A stretch of 62,086 bases of DNA, the filler included. It is 8 parts of 8 records of this genome, joined end to end, with 100 filler letters (N's around TTAATTAATTAA, not from the genome) between each part and the next. Parts side by side here need not be neighbours in the genome. Positions count along the whole stretch, not along the records: positions 44,879 to 50,293 come from SRR31156797_53234; positions 50,394 to 56,165 come from SRR31156797_53240; positions 56,266 to 62,086 come from SRR31156797_53420; 5 more parts are not named here. The stretch is one strand, 5' to 3'. The translations under genes were made by a program, and so were the position numbers. Shown here piece after piece: positions 46,415 to 58,355 of this stretch; the first letter of the stretch is position 1, and each line of letters starts with the position of its first letter. The notes under the pieces were generated by a model. The model did not search any database, was not told where the DNA came from, and worked only from the letters and a program-made list of their open reading frames with translations.

Positions 46415-48940
46415 ATGGATAAAGTCATTGTCAAAGCCCCGCTTTCTGGCGTGATATATCCCATTGAGCAGGTTCCTGATCCCGTGTTCTCACAGAAAAT
46501 GGTTGGTGACGGAATCTCGATTGATCCTATCAATAATACCCTGGTGGCTCCCTTTGCCGGCAGGGTATCTCAATTGCACAGCGCCTGTCATGCGATTACC
46601 ATCACCCACGCTCTAGGTTTGGAGGTAATGATGCATATAGGCATTGATACAGTCGCATTGAAAGGCAAAGGTTTCACTGTTCATGTCGAGGAGGGGCAAG
46701 AAGTTGTCCTGGGTGATGAACTCATTTCATTTGACATTGATCTTATTTCGACAAGCGCCAAGAGTCTGTTGACTCAAGTGATCCTGACAAACGGCGAGCT
46801 CGTAGCTGGAGTTGATAAGACAACCGGGAAAGCAGAATTCGGTATAACCGATCTTATGACGGTCAACCTCCAGGCAGAGGCAAGTAATCTGAAAGAGGAG
46901 CCCGGCTTGGAGTTTATATCAGAGGCATTGGTCATTCCCAACACGACCGGTCTCCATGCTCGCCCTGCCGCAGTGCTTGCCGGTTTAGCGAAGAAGTTCG
47001 ATTCTAAAGTCCAGTTGATAAAAGGCGATGAAAGCGCGAATGCCAAGTCTGTCGTTGGCATCATGAAACTGAATGTCGCCCATCTCGACAAAATCCGTTT
47101 AAAGGCTGTGGGAAGCGATGCTGAAGCAGCAATAACAGAAATTTTGCCTCAGATAGCAAGTGGTCTCGGAGATGAGGGAACAACCCCGGTTTCAGCTCCG
47201 GCATCCATTGAAGTCAATGATGATCAGGCGTTGCTTTCAGGCCCGAAAAGTGGAGACCCGGATCTTCTACTCGGTATTGCTGCCGCACCTGGAATCGCCG
47301 TTGGCAAAGCAGTGCGGATTCGTGAAGAGGTTTTTGAATTTGAAGAGGAAGCAGGGGACGCTCATCGCGAGAACGTTCGACTTGACGAGGCAATAGAAGA
47401 GGCCAAGAATTATCTTGAGGCGCTGCAGATAAACTTGCACCAACAGTCGGATGCCGTCAAAGCAGCAATTTTTGCGGCCCACCGGGAGATATTGGATGAC
47501 CCGGATCTGCTTGATATCGCCAGAAGTCTGACGGCTAAAGGGAAAAGTGCAGAGTATGCTTGGCAGAACGCCTATGTTACCTATGCAGACCAATTGGCCG
47601 TTTTGCAAAATGAAATCCTTGCTGGACGGGCTAATGATCTACGCGATGTAGGAAAACGGGTTCTTAGAATACTGACCGGTAAGGAGCCAGGGGAATTGCA
47701 GCTGCCAGCTGAGACAATACTCATTTCAGAGGAACTTACGCCTTCGTTCACCGCCACCATAGATACGAAAAGGGTCAAGGGTTTCTGTACCACAACCGGC
47801 GGGGCGACGTCCCATGTGGCCATCCTTGCACGATCGTTGGATTTAGCCGCGGTTGCCGGGATCGAGGCTGCTGCGCTTGATATAGAAGATGGGACCCCGC
47901 TTATTATAGACGGAGACAAAGGCAAACTAAGAATTAATCCATCGAAAGAACGAATACGCAAAACTCTTGAAGAACAAGCGGCAATATTAGAGCAAAAGGA
48001 AAAGGACCTTGCTGCAGCGGGTGAACCTGCGGTAACCACCGACGGTAAAAAAATGGAAGTCGTCGCCAATATCGGAGGACTTAAAGAAGCCCAGGAATCA
48101 ATAAGATTAGGTGGTGAGGGGGTAGGCTTACTCCGCTCGGAATTCCTGTTTCTCAAAAGATTCGTCGCGCCAACCGAAGAAGAACAGTACCAGGTATACC
48201 GGGATATCCTTTTGGCACTTGAAGGACACCCATTGATTGTCAGAACTTTGGACGTAGGGGGTGACAAGCCGCTTTCCTATCTCCCTATGCCGGTTGAAGA
48301 CAACCCTTTTTTGGGCCAAAGAGGTATTCGTATTGGTCTGGAGCGGCCCGAAATATTCCGGGTTCAAGCCCGGGCAATCCTTCGTGCCGGGGCACATGGA
48401 AAGATTCGCATTATGTTTCCGATGATTGCAAAGATTCAGGAACTTCGCGATGCCTTGGCAATGCTTGAAAAAGAGAGAGAAAAACTTGGTGTCGAGCCGA
48501 TTGAAGTGGGGATCATGGTTGAGGTTCCTTCTACTGCCGTAATGGCAGAACAGTTTGCTAAAGAGGTTGATTTCTTCTCAGTTGGCACCAACGACCTGAC
48601 ACAGTATTGCCTCGCAATGGATCGGGGTCACCCTAAACTTGCAGCTAAAGTAGATGGAATGGATCCGGCGGTACTCAGGTTGATCCGGCATGCGGCTGAA
48701 GGAGCACACGATCAGGGCAAGTGGATAGGAATCTGCGGCGGTCTTGCTTCCGATCCCACCGCAGTACCGGTGCTTATAGGCCTTGGTGTCGATGAACTTT
48801 CGGTGTCTGTGCCGGTCCTGCCTTCCATCAAGGCAGAAGTTCGGAAATGGTCGGTAAAGGATTGTCAGAAATTGGCAGAAGATGTCCTGCATTGTGCCTC
48901 TAGTTCCGATGTTCGAGAATTGGTAGGAAAATTGAGGTAA
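46415..48940 (+). CDS. ptsP: Multiphosphoryl transfer protein, EIIA(Glc)-HPr-EI fusion
   Basis: VPDPVFS/HIGIDTV (EIIA), GLHARPA/NAKS (HPr), [32 protein letters not shown] (EI). Confidence 0.93.
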   Translation: MDKVIVKAPLSGVIYPIEQVPDPVFSQKMVGDGISIDPINNTLVAPFAGRVSQLHSACHAITITHALGLEVMMHIGIDTVALKGKGFTVHVEEGQEVVLGDELISFDIDLISTSAKSLLTQVILTNGELVAGVDKTTGKAEFGITDLMTVNLQAEASNLKEEPGLEFISEALVIPNTTGLHARPAAVLAGLAKKFDSKVQLIKGDESANAKSVVGIMKLNVAHLDKIRLKAVGSDAEAAITEILPQIASGLGDEGTTPVSAPASIEVNDDQALLSGPKSGDPDLLLGIAAAPGIAVGKAVRIREEVFEFEEEAGDAHRENVRLDEAIEEAKNYLEALQINLHQQSDAVKAAIFAAHREILDDPDLLDIARSLTAKGKSAEYAWQNAYVTYADQLAVLQNEILAGRANDLRDVGKRVLRILTGKEPGELQLPAETILISEELTPSFTATIDTKRVKGFCTTTGGATSHVAILARSLDLAAVAGIEAAALDIEDGTPLIIDGDKGKLRINPSKERIRKTLEEQAAILEQKEKDLAAAGEPAVTTDGKKMEVVANIGGLKEAQESIRLGGEGVGLLRSEFLFLKRFVAPTEEEQYQVYRDILLALEGHPLIVRTLDVGGDKPLSYLPMPVEDNPFLGQRGIRIGLERPEIFRVQARAILRAGAHGKIRIMFPMIAKIQELRDALAMLEKEREKLGVEPIEVGIMVEVPSTAVMAEQFAKEVDFFSVGTNDLTQYCLAMDRGHPKLAAKVDGMDPAVLRLIRHAAEGAHDQGKWIGICGGLASDPTAVPVLIGLGVDELSVSVPVLPSIKAEVRKWSVKDCQKLAEDVLHCASSSDVRELVGKLR

Positions 48941-48944
48941 AGTC

Positions 48945-50293
48945 ATGGTAAACAAGATCTGGAGTCAAGGATTCGCATTTCTGCAAAAAATTGGAAAATC
49001 ACTTATGCTGCCGGTGGCCATTTTACCGGCAGCCGGTATTCTGCTTGGTGTCGGCAGCGCTAATTTTGCTATATTTCCTGATGTCGTCAATTCCATGATG
49101 GCTGCTGCCGGTGGTGCAATTTTCGGTAATCTTGCCCTTCTTTTTGCAATTGGTGTTGCCCTAGGATTGGCCAAAAATGACGGTGTATCTGCTTTGTCCG
49201 CTGCTGTGGGATATGCGGTGATGGTTGCGACAATGGGGGTAACTGCCAGTTTGCTGGGGCTTGAAACACGCTCTGTTATTGGAATAGACTCCATTGATAC
49301 CGGCGTGTTCGGCGGAATATTGGTCGGTGGTCTGGCAGCCTTCCTGTTTAATAAATATTATCGGATTTCTTTACCAACTTATCTCGGTTTTTTTGCAGGT
49401 AAGCGCTTTGTACCTATAGCCACGTCGTTCGGCGCAATAGTGCTTGGCATCATGCTCAGTTTCATCTGGCCACCAATCCAAAATGGTATTGACGCTTTTT
49501 CAGAATTTGCCTCAACCAGCAATACGACTCTGGCTGTAGGCATCTATGGATTTGTGGAAAGACTGCTGATTCCTTTCGGCCTGCATCACATATGGAATGT
49601 TCCTTTTTTCTTTGAGCTAGGTAGCTATACGACTGCTGATGGAGAGGTGGTGCGGGGAGTATTGAATCGTTTCTTTGCAGGAGATCGTCAGGCTGGAATT
49701 TTAGCGGGTGGCTTCGTATTCAAAATGTTCGGCCTGCCTGCTGCCGCTCTTGCCATTTATCACACGGCAAAACCTGAAAACAAAGTAAAAACGGCTAGCA
49801 TAATGCTTTCTGCGGCTCTTACGTCTTTTCTGACAGGTATTACTGAACCCCTAGAATTTACCTTTATGTTCCTGGCACCGCTACTCTATCTTTTCCATGC
49901 TGTTTTGGTATCTTTTGCATTTGTTGTCACTTATCTGTTGGATATACGAATGGGATATTCTTTTTCCCATGGGTTGATTGACTATCTCCTCTTTTATGCC
50001 ATCAACATCAAACCATGGATGATGTTAATCCTGGGACCGATTTTTGGCGTCGTCTACTATGGTGTATTCCGATTAGCAATTACCGGGATGGACTTAAAGA
50101 CACCTGGTAGGGAAGACACTGAGACTGATATGGATGAGGCACGAAATATAGTGGCGGATACCATGGCGAAACAGCTGGTGCTTGCCTTTGGCGGCCGGTC
50201 AAATATAGTAAGTCTGGATGCCTGTATTACCCGACTGCGTGTTGAGGTGAACGACATCTCCAAGGCCAGTCCCGAGAAATTAAAAGCTCTCGG
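48945..50293 (+). CDS. ptsG: PTS glucose-family EIICB, 3'-truncated
   Basis: [42 protein letters not shown] linker, LDACITRLR (EIIB Cys). Confidence 0.88.
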
Positions 50294-50393
50294 NNNNNNN
50301 NNNNNNNNNNNNNNNNNNNNNNNNNNNNNNNNNNNNNTTAATTAATTAANNNNNNNNNNNNNNNNNNNNNNNNNNNNNNNNNNNNNNNNNNNN

Positions 50394-50705
50394 TACCATT
50401 ACAAAGTTTTTAATTTGTGGAGCAATATTTTTTCCACTCATTGAGTTACTTTGCTGTTTTGGTGCAGCTGGTTTTTTTACAATTGTTTGAATAGTATCAA
50501 GTCCAAGAAGTTTTAACTCTTTTTCAATATCATTTTTTAAAGTCTCTTCTACTTCTGGGGCACTTGATGTGATCTCAAGATCAATAATTACATCATTTCC
50601 ATTTAATTCAATATTTTTAACAAATCCAAAATCAACAATTGATTTTGTAAATCCAGGGTAGGTTACAGATTTTAATTTGAGTTCTATATCAGTAACTGTT
50701 GCCAT
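50394..50705 (-). CDS. Mrp/ApbC Fe-S carrier ATPase, N-terminal part (3'-truncated)
   Basis: YPGFTKSIV.FGFVK domain and KNIAPQIKNFVMV immediately before the expected P-loop. Confidence 0.85.
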
Positions 50706-50810
50706 ATTTTATCCTTTTTATTAATTATAATGGGGATTCTAACTAATAAAGATAAATTTAGTCTTAATTAAAATTTGATTTCTAAAGTTTTAAGCAGGAG
50801 TGTTTAGAAT

Positions 50811-51878
50811 TTACTTTTTACAAGCTTTTCTTGGCTCAAAATCAAATACAAAACATGCTATAAGTGCATTGTTTTTATGCATATGACGAGCTGTGAAATA
50901 TGCTGAGATATAAATAGATGATATAGCTAGAAATGAAGCAAATGATAAGGTACTAAAGCCACTAAGACCTTGACCTACAGTACATCCAACTGCTAAGATA
51001 CCACCAATTCCCATACATGCTCCACCGATTAGTTTTTTAAACAGACTTGGTGGATTTTGTTGTGAGTTATCACACATCTGTTTTTTTGAGTATTGTTTAT
51101 TAAACTTTGAAGAGATAAATGATCCAGCGATCACTCCAAAGACTGTTACTACACCAAAATGAAGGTGAGAGAAGTGAAAAAAGCTAAAGATATATTCTCC
51201 AATTTTCCCTAAAGGATAGACAAATGAAAGACTTTGTGCTGAGATAGTTAAGAAAAAGTCATTAGCATATACTGTTGTAACATACCAAGTTACTGCTACT
51301 AAAAGTCCTATCATCACCCCATCTAAGACTTGAAAAAAGTTCATACAATTAATCAGAGCTTTATATAAAAGATAAAGCAATATCGGAGCTACAATATATA
51401 GAGGTATCTCAAAAACTTTTCCAGCCATAGTACTTTTTATAAGTTCATTAGAATAGATAGCATTATAGTTACTAGAGATAAAAGTATATGTAAGATAAGA
51501 AAATATCCCAAGTGCGGTGAGAATAAAAAATGAATCTTTTTCCCCTTGAGCAAACTTCACAAGATGACGTGAACTACATCCATCACTGATCATCATCCCA
51601 TATCCAAAAAGTGCACCACCAAGGATAATAAAGATATAGTTGATATTCATATAATATCGTGTGGTAGTGAAGTTTACATCGTAAAAATATCCAATAGCTT
51701 GAGTAGCAAAAAGTGCTGTAGTGATAGCTACGATAAGAGATGCTGTTCTTCTACTGTGTTTAAAAAGGATGAGATCTTTGATACTCCCACTAAAACAAAA
51801 CTGTTTTCTTTGTGCAATGTATCCGTAACTAAGACCTATAAGTAAAGCAATAAGAGAAAATAGGTTTGCTTCACTCAT
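50811..51878 (-). CDS. YeeE/YedE family sulfur-compound transporter
   Basis: Multi-TM; conserved FCF, GCSS and GCTVG cysteines. Confidence 0.88.
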   Translation of the reverse strand: MSEANLFSLIALLIGLSYGYIAQRKQFCFSGSIKDLILFKHSRRTASLIVAITTALFATQAIGYFYDVNFTTTRYYMNINYIFIILGGALFGYGMMISDGCSSRHLVKFAQGEKDSFFILTALGIFSYLTYTFISSNYNAIYSNELIKSTMAGKVFEIPLYIVAPILLYLLYKALINCMNFFQVLDGVMIGLLVAVTWYVTTVYANDFFLTISAQSLSFVYPLGKIGEYIFSFFHFSHLHFGVVTVFGVIAGSFISSKFNKQYSKKQMCDNSQQNPPSLFKKLIGGACMGIGGILAVGCTVGQGLSGFSTLSFASFLAISSIYISAYFTARHMHKNNALIACFVFDFEPRKACKK

Positions 51879-51908
51879 ATATAGGTCTCCTTAATTTTAT
51901 AATATATA

Positions 51909-53258
<1,350 letters not shown>

Positions 53259-53399
53259 TTACTCCACATAATAAACTATTTTACCATATATTTTAAATCG
53301 GATAAAAATTACCTGATTTAAATTTTTTTGATTATATCTAAGTTTTATTTACTTTTTCTTAGATGGTTTATTTACTCTATTTAGATAATAGATAGTATG

Positions 53400-53624
53400 T
53401 CAAATCTCTACACCATCCCAAAATTCATCAAAGTCTAGATTGGTCATACCATTATCTGTTTCTAGTTTTTGTGCTGCCATTAATTTTTCTTGTTCATTCT
53501 CAAAATACTGTTTTAGAGCTTCGTTTAAGATAGTGTTGGTATCTTTATTTAATAGGGCTGAGTAAGTATGTATATCTTCGATCATTTCTGAACTTAATTG
53601 AAACTGTAGATTATTTTCTTCCAT
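53400..53624 (-). CDS. Small hypothetical protein, possibly ribbon-helix-helix
   Basis: 74 aa; strand-helix-helix pattern with ILNEALKQYF; acidic FDEFWDG tail. Confidence 0.6.
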   Translation of the reverse strand: MEENNLQFQLSSEMIEDIHTYSALLNKDTNTILNEALKQYFENEQEKLMAAQKLETDNGMTNLDFDEFWDGVEI

Positions 53625-53670
53625 AAAAGCGATTATATCATATTAAGATTAATTGCTTATACTTCTTTCC

Positions 53671-54786
53671 ATGAGAGTTTATATATTTATGACCGTTTTT
53701 AGTCTAGTTTTTATTTTGCTTAATTTGTATATTTCAAAACGATTTATAGCAAAACTACATGTAAGTGAGAAGTTAAAAAACTATTTTAATATTTTTTTAG
53801 TGATCAATTTCTTTGGAATTTTGGGATATGTGTTTACAAGATACAATCCTGATATGCCAGAACTCCTTTATTTTTTATTTTCAATCCCTATTGGTATAGT
53901 ATTTTTACTTTTTTGTACAGCTCTTGTCTATGATATCTCAAGGATTGTTATAAATAAAGTGCCGCTACAACCTCAAAGAAGAGATTTTTTTAAAAAGAGT
54001 TTAGATTATGGTGCTTTAGGGGTAGGGTTTCTTTTAAGTGCGAGAGCTTTGTATGAAGCACGACATCTTGTAATAGAAGATGTGGATATAAAGCTTAAAA
54101 ATTTGAGCCGATCATATAATATTGTACAGCTTAGTGATATCCATATAGGTGGGCTTATAAATGAAACATATATAGCAAATATGGTTGAAAAAGTAAATGC
54201 TTTAAAGCCTGATCTTGTAGTGATCACGGGTGATCTTATCGATATAAAAATAGAAAATGCAAAAGGTGCATTAAATGAGCTTAAAAAACTCAATTCAACT
54301 TATGGAACCTATTTTATTGTTGGGAACCATGAATATTTTCACGGGCTTGAAGAGATCATAGATACAGTAAATGGTTTAGGGATACAAGTATTAGAGAATG
54401 AAAATCTTTATATAGGTGAAAAAGGGCAAGGGTTTAATTTAGCTGGAGTGTATGATTGGTTTGGATATAGAGCTGATAAGTTTAAGCCTGATATTGATAA
54501 GGCTCTTGAAAATAAAGATGAAAACTCACCTACTATTCTTTTAGCGCATCAGCCAAGATATATAGCTGAAGTAAAAAGTGGCGTTGATCTTATGCTTAGT
54601 GGTCATACTCATGGTGGGCAGTTGTATCCCTTTAGAGCTCTTGTAAAGTTAGTACAACCTTATATTAGTGGACTCCATCAACATAATGAGGAGTTGCAGA
54701 TCTATATCAATAGAGGCTCAGGGTTTTGGGGCCCACCTATGAGACTTGGAAGTATGGCCGAGATTACCAATATTACTATTAGTTAG
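53671..54786 (+). CDS. Membrane-anchored metallophosphoesterase (YkuE-like)
   Basis: SDIH, TGDLID, GNHE, AHQP, SGHTHGGQ motifs. Confidence 0.92.
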   Translation: MRVYIFMTVFSLVFILLNLYISKRFIAKLHVSEKLKNYFNIFLVINFFGILGYVFTRYNPDMPELLYFLFSIPIGIVFLLFCTALVYDISRIVINKVPLQPQRRDFFKKSLDYGALGVGFLLSARALYEARHLVIEDVDIKLKNLSRSYNIVQLSDIHIGGLINETYIANMVEKVNALKPDLVVITGDLIDIKIENAKGALNELKKLNSTYGTYFIVGNHEYFHGLEEIIDTVNGLGIQVLENENLYIGEKGQGFNLAGVYDWFGYRADKFKPDIDKALENKDENSPTILLAHQPRYIAEVKSGVDLMLSGHTHGGQLYPFRALVKLVQPYISGLHQHNEELQIYINRGSGFWGPPMRLGSMAEITNITIS

Positions 54787-55939
54787 GCTCTGAATAGCTT
54801 TTCATTATAAAAAATGAAATAAGTGAGAGTAGAGTTACACTTAGAGCAATTGGTAAAAAGGTATCATTATGAAAACTAAGAGCAAAAGATGAGATAATAG
54901 CTCCTAATCCAAACTGTAAAACCCCTGCAACACTAGAAGCTACTCCTGCATTTTTTGGAAAATACTCTAAGGCTAAAGTAAGACCATTTCCAAAGATAAA
55001 AGCCATCATACTCATATAACTTCCCATAATGATCATTGTAGTAATAATACCAAGATGTTCATAGTTTATGATAAATAAGACACCTGATAAGATCTGGATA
55101 ATAAGTGCAATTTGAATAAGAGCTACTGTAGTATATTTTTTTAAAAGTATGATATTGAGTCGTGTCATGATAATTAAAAGGATAAAGTTAAAGCCAAAGA
55201 AAAATGGAAAATAATCGGTAGAAATTTTAAAATATTCAATAAAGATAAATGAAGACTTTGCAATAAAGATAAAAAATCCTGAAAAACTAAGACTTAAAAC
55301 CAACATAGCTCGTACAGCCATTTTATTTGAAAGCACTAATTTAAAAGACTCTTTTATAGTTTGTTTTGAATAAGTAAAGCTTTCCTCTAATCCTTTATAT
55401 ACCCAAAAAGCCACAATTAGAGCATATAGAGTTAAAAAGATAAAAACTGCTTTCCATGAATAAAAATGGATGATAAATGCTCCAATCGCTGGAGCAGCCA
55501 TTGGAGCAATAGCTCTTATTGTTCCAAGAAGTGAAAATACTTTTGCCGCTTCTTGTCCATGAAATCTATCTCTTATAGCTGCTGTTGCATTAACAACTAC
55601 AATCCCTCCAAAAAAAGCCTCAATAAATCTATAGACCCAAAGTTCATAGATATGGTTGCTAAAAATAATTAAAAAACTAAAAAGAGCAAATCCTAAAAGT
55701 CCTAAGATGGAGCTTTTTCTTCTCCCTAGTTTATCTGAAAGAGGCCCACCAAAGATCTGTCCAATAGAAAATCCTATTAGAAAAATAGATAAAGAAAGCT
55801 CAACTTTTTCTATACTTACACCTAGATCAGTTGCAATATTTGGAATAGAGGGTAAATAGGTATCTATAGCCATAGGAGCCACAGAGGATAAAACAGCTAA
55901 GATAATTACTAAATAGATATGGTTTGTAGTTTTTTGCAT
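54779..55939 (-). CDS. MFS multidrug efflux transporter, Bcr/CflA family
   Basis: IDTYLPS, GPLSDKLGRR, APAIG; about 12 TM helices. Confidence 0.9.
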   Translation of the reverse strand: MQKTTNHIYLVIILAVLSSVAPMAIDTYLPSIPNIATDLGVSIEKVELSLSIFLIGFSIGQIFGGPLSDKLGRRKSSILGLLGFALFSFLIIFSNHIYELWVYRFIEAFFGGIVVVNATAAIRDRFHGQEAAKVFSLLGTIRAIAPMAAPAIGAFIIHFYSWKAVFIFLTLYALIVAFWVYKGLEESFTYSKQTIKESFKLVLSNKMAVRAMLVLSLSFSGFFIFIAKSSFIFIEYFKISTDYFPFFFGFNFILLIIMTRLNIILLKKYTTVALIQIALIIQILSGVLFIINYEHLGIITTMIIMGSYMSMMAFIFGNGLTLALEYFPKNAGVASSVAGVLQFGLGAIISSFALSFHNDTFLPIALSVTLLSLISFFIMKSYSEPN

Positions 55940-55997
55940 TGAAAATCGTTTTGTAAAATTGGTAAAGGTTATAGATAGAAGTAAAAGTATCTAAAAT

Positions 55998-56026
55998 AAA
56001 AAAAGATGTGGAAATTCCACATCTTT
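55998..56026 (-). terminator. Rho-independent terminator downstream of ahpC
   Basis: AAAGATGTGGA-AAT-TCCACATCTTT stem with a T-tract on the minus strand. Confidence 0.75.
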
Positions 56027-56058
56027 ATAAAAAATTTGACTAAATATTAAAATTTATA

Positions 56059-56165
56059 TTATAGTTTTTCAGCGTTTTTCTCTAAGTATGCAGCAACACC
56101 TTCAGTTGAAGCAGTCATACCCTCATCACCTTTAGTCCATCCTGCAGGACAAACTTCACCATGCT
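56059..56165 (-). CDS. ahpC: Peroxiredoxin C-terminus (5'-truncated; absent from the ORF track)
   Basis: HGEVCPAGWTKGDEGMTASTEGVAAYLEKNAEKL*. Confidence 0.9.
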
Positions 56166-56265
56166 NNNNNNNNNNNNNNNNNNNNNNNNNNNNNNNNNNN
56201 NNNNNNNNNTTAATTAATTAANNNNNNNNNNNNNNNNNNNNNNNNNNNNNNNNNNNNNNNNNNNN

Positions 56266-56818
56266 GATGGATTCTGTAACAAGATTTGCAATGGCACAAA
56301 GAGAGATAGGACTAAGCACTGGTGAACCACCAACACAAAGGGGATATCCCCCATCTGTTTTTGCACTTTTACCTCAATTAATGGAGCGAGCAGGTTCCAA
56401 TGAAAAAGGGACAATCACCGCATTTTTTACAGTATTAGTTGATGGAGATGATATGAGTGATCCAATTGCAGATCAAAGTAGATCGATTCTTGATGGGCAT
56501 ATAGTGTTAACAAGAAAATTAACAGAAGAGGGGTTTTATCCACCTATTGATTTATTGCAAAGTGCCTCAAGGGTAATTGATAAAGTTATACCAGTTGAAC
56601 AATATAATAGATTTTTAAAGTTAAAAAGGGTATTATCACTAATAAATGAAAATGAGGTACTTTTAAGAATTGGTGCGTACAAGAAAGGGATGGATCGAGA
56701 ACTTGATGATGCACTGCTCCGAAAAGATAAGATACGTAAGTTTCTCTCCCAAGGGGTCAATGAGATAAGTATGTATGATGAAACGGTCAAAAGGCTGATG
56801 GAGGTGACCAATGATTGA
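56266..56818 (+). CDS. fliI: Flagellar export ATPase C-terminal part
   Basis: MDSVTRFAMAQREIGL..GEPP..RGYPPSVF, TVLVDGDD, RSILDGHIVL. Confidence 0.93.
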
Positions 56819-58337
56819 TATGAGTAGTAATATGATGTACCATTTAGGTAATTTAAATAGTGAAAGTACACGAATAAGTTATCAAATGTCCACAGGAAAG
56901 AATCAGGAAAAAGGGAGTGAAGACTCATTACTTTACAATAATATACTTCAAATTGAAAATAAATTACGCGTTACAGAAAATCTAGAACTTCAACTTGCAA
57001 AATCAAATGTAATGAATGATGCAGCTGATACAAGTATGTCAGGTATGAAAGATGCTCTTGATGCAATCAAAGTTGATATAATGAAAGGTTTAAATGATGG
57101 AATGGATAGAAATGATCGTTTAGCTTTGGCAACTAACTTAGATGGAATTAGAGAAACAATGTTTGACTTAATGAATGTTGAGGTTGATGGAGAGTATGTA
57201 TTTGCTGGGTCTGATACAACTGTACAAACTATCTCAAAAGATTCAGATTATAAAGATAATGGTAAAATTGAATTCAATGGAGATGCATTTTTAAGAAAAA
57301 TTGCTGTACAACCTGGTAGTTATAGAGATAGAGGTGCAACAGGGTACGATATTGGTTTTTATACAGCAAGTTCTGCAAAAAGTACAGAAAGATTATATGT
57401 CTCCGATAATGAAAGAGTGATAGATAGTGAGGGTTATGAGTGGAAACTATCTGAAGATAGACTGAAACTTCAAAGGTATGATCATAATGGTGATATTTTT
57501 CATCCACCTGTAGAAATAGGAGTAAGAAATACAGAAGCAGAATCTTTTACAGTTGACCTTGGGGTTGGAAGTAATGTTGATGCCACTGGTGATTTTAGTG
57601 TAAATGTGGATGGAGTAAACTATACTTACACTGCAACAGGAGATGATGCAGCAACAATTTATGCAAGTTTACAAGCAGATTTAACCGCTGCTGGATATAC
57701 TGTTTCCTCTTTAACAGGTGATAATTTTACAATTTCTATGTTAAATACTGATATAGAGGTAAATGTAACAGATCAAAATCTTTCTACATCAACAATTGAT
57801 ACTAATACAAATTATAGTATGACTATTACTAATGAAGAAGAGGCTTCCGCTGAAGAACAAGCTATCCATGGAAGTGTTTATGCTACAATTCCAAATCAAA
57901 TAACAACATCTACAGGTGAAGTTATTGAGTTGACACATATGAGATTTGAATCTAAACATAATTATTTTGATGATATTAATATGATTATTAATGCTCTAGA
58001 AGGTTATTCAACAAAGCTAGATGGAACAAAAGGGTATGAGATGACTGATGATGCTGTCGATGAATCTTTACGAACAGGTTTAGGACAAACTTCAAGTCAA
58101 TTTGATGCAACGAATATAGGACATGGAGAACTTGGTGGAAGAAATAGTATCTTTGAGCAGTCATATGAAAAGATACAAGCTCAAATTACCCATTATGAGA
58201 TTTTAATGCAAGAAACAAATGGAGCTGATCTAGCAAAACTTGCTATGGAATCAAAAGCTTTAGAATTGACATATTCATCTTTATATTCAACAATTGCAAA
58301 GATGAATCAAATGTCTTTAGTTAATTATATTAATTAA
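56811..58337 (+). CDS. flgL: Flagellin-family hook-associated protein (FlgL-like)
   Basis: QMSTGK N-terminus, G.YVFAGS, C-terminal ADLAK...L..S......MSLVNY. Confidence 0.75.
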   Translation: MIDMSSNMMYHLGNLNSESTRISYQMSTGKNQEKGSEDSLLYNNILQIENKLRVTENLELQLAKSNVMNDAADTSMSGMKDALDAIKVDIMKGLNDGMDRNDRLALATNLDGIRETMFDLMNVEVDGEYVFAGSDTTVQTISKDSDYKDNGKIEFNGDAFLRKIAVQPGSYRDRGATGYDIGFYTASSAKSTERLYVSDNERVIDSEGYEWKLSEDRLKLQRYDHNGDIFHPPVEIGVRNTEAESFTVDLGVGSNVDATGDFSVNVDGVNYTYTATGDDAATIYASLQADLTAAGYTVSSLTGDNFTISMLNTDIEVNVTDQNLSTSTIDTNTNYSMTITNEEEASAEEQAIHGSVYATIPNQITTSTGEVIELTHMRFESKHNYFDDINMIINALEGYSTKLDGTKGYEMTDDAVDESLRTGLGQTSSQFDATNIGHGELGGRNSIFEQSYEKIQAQITHYEILMQETNGADLAKLAMESKALELTYSSLYSTIAKMNQMSLVNYIN

Positions 58338-58355
58338 AAGGTATTTTAAAATAAT

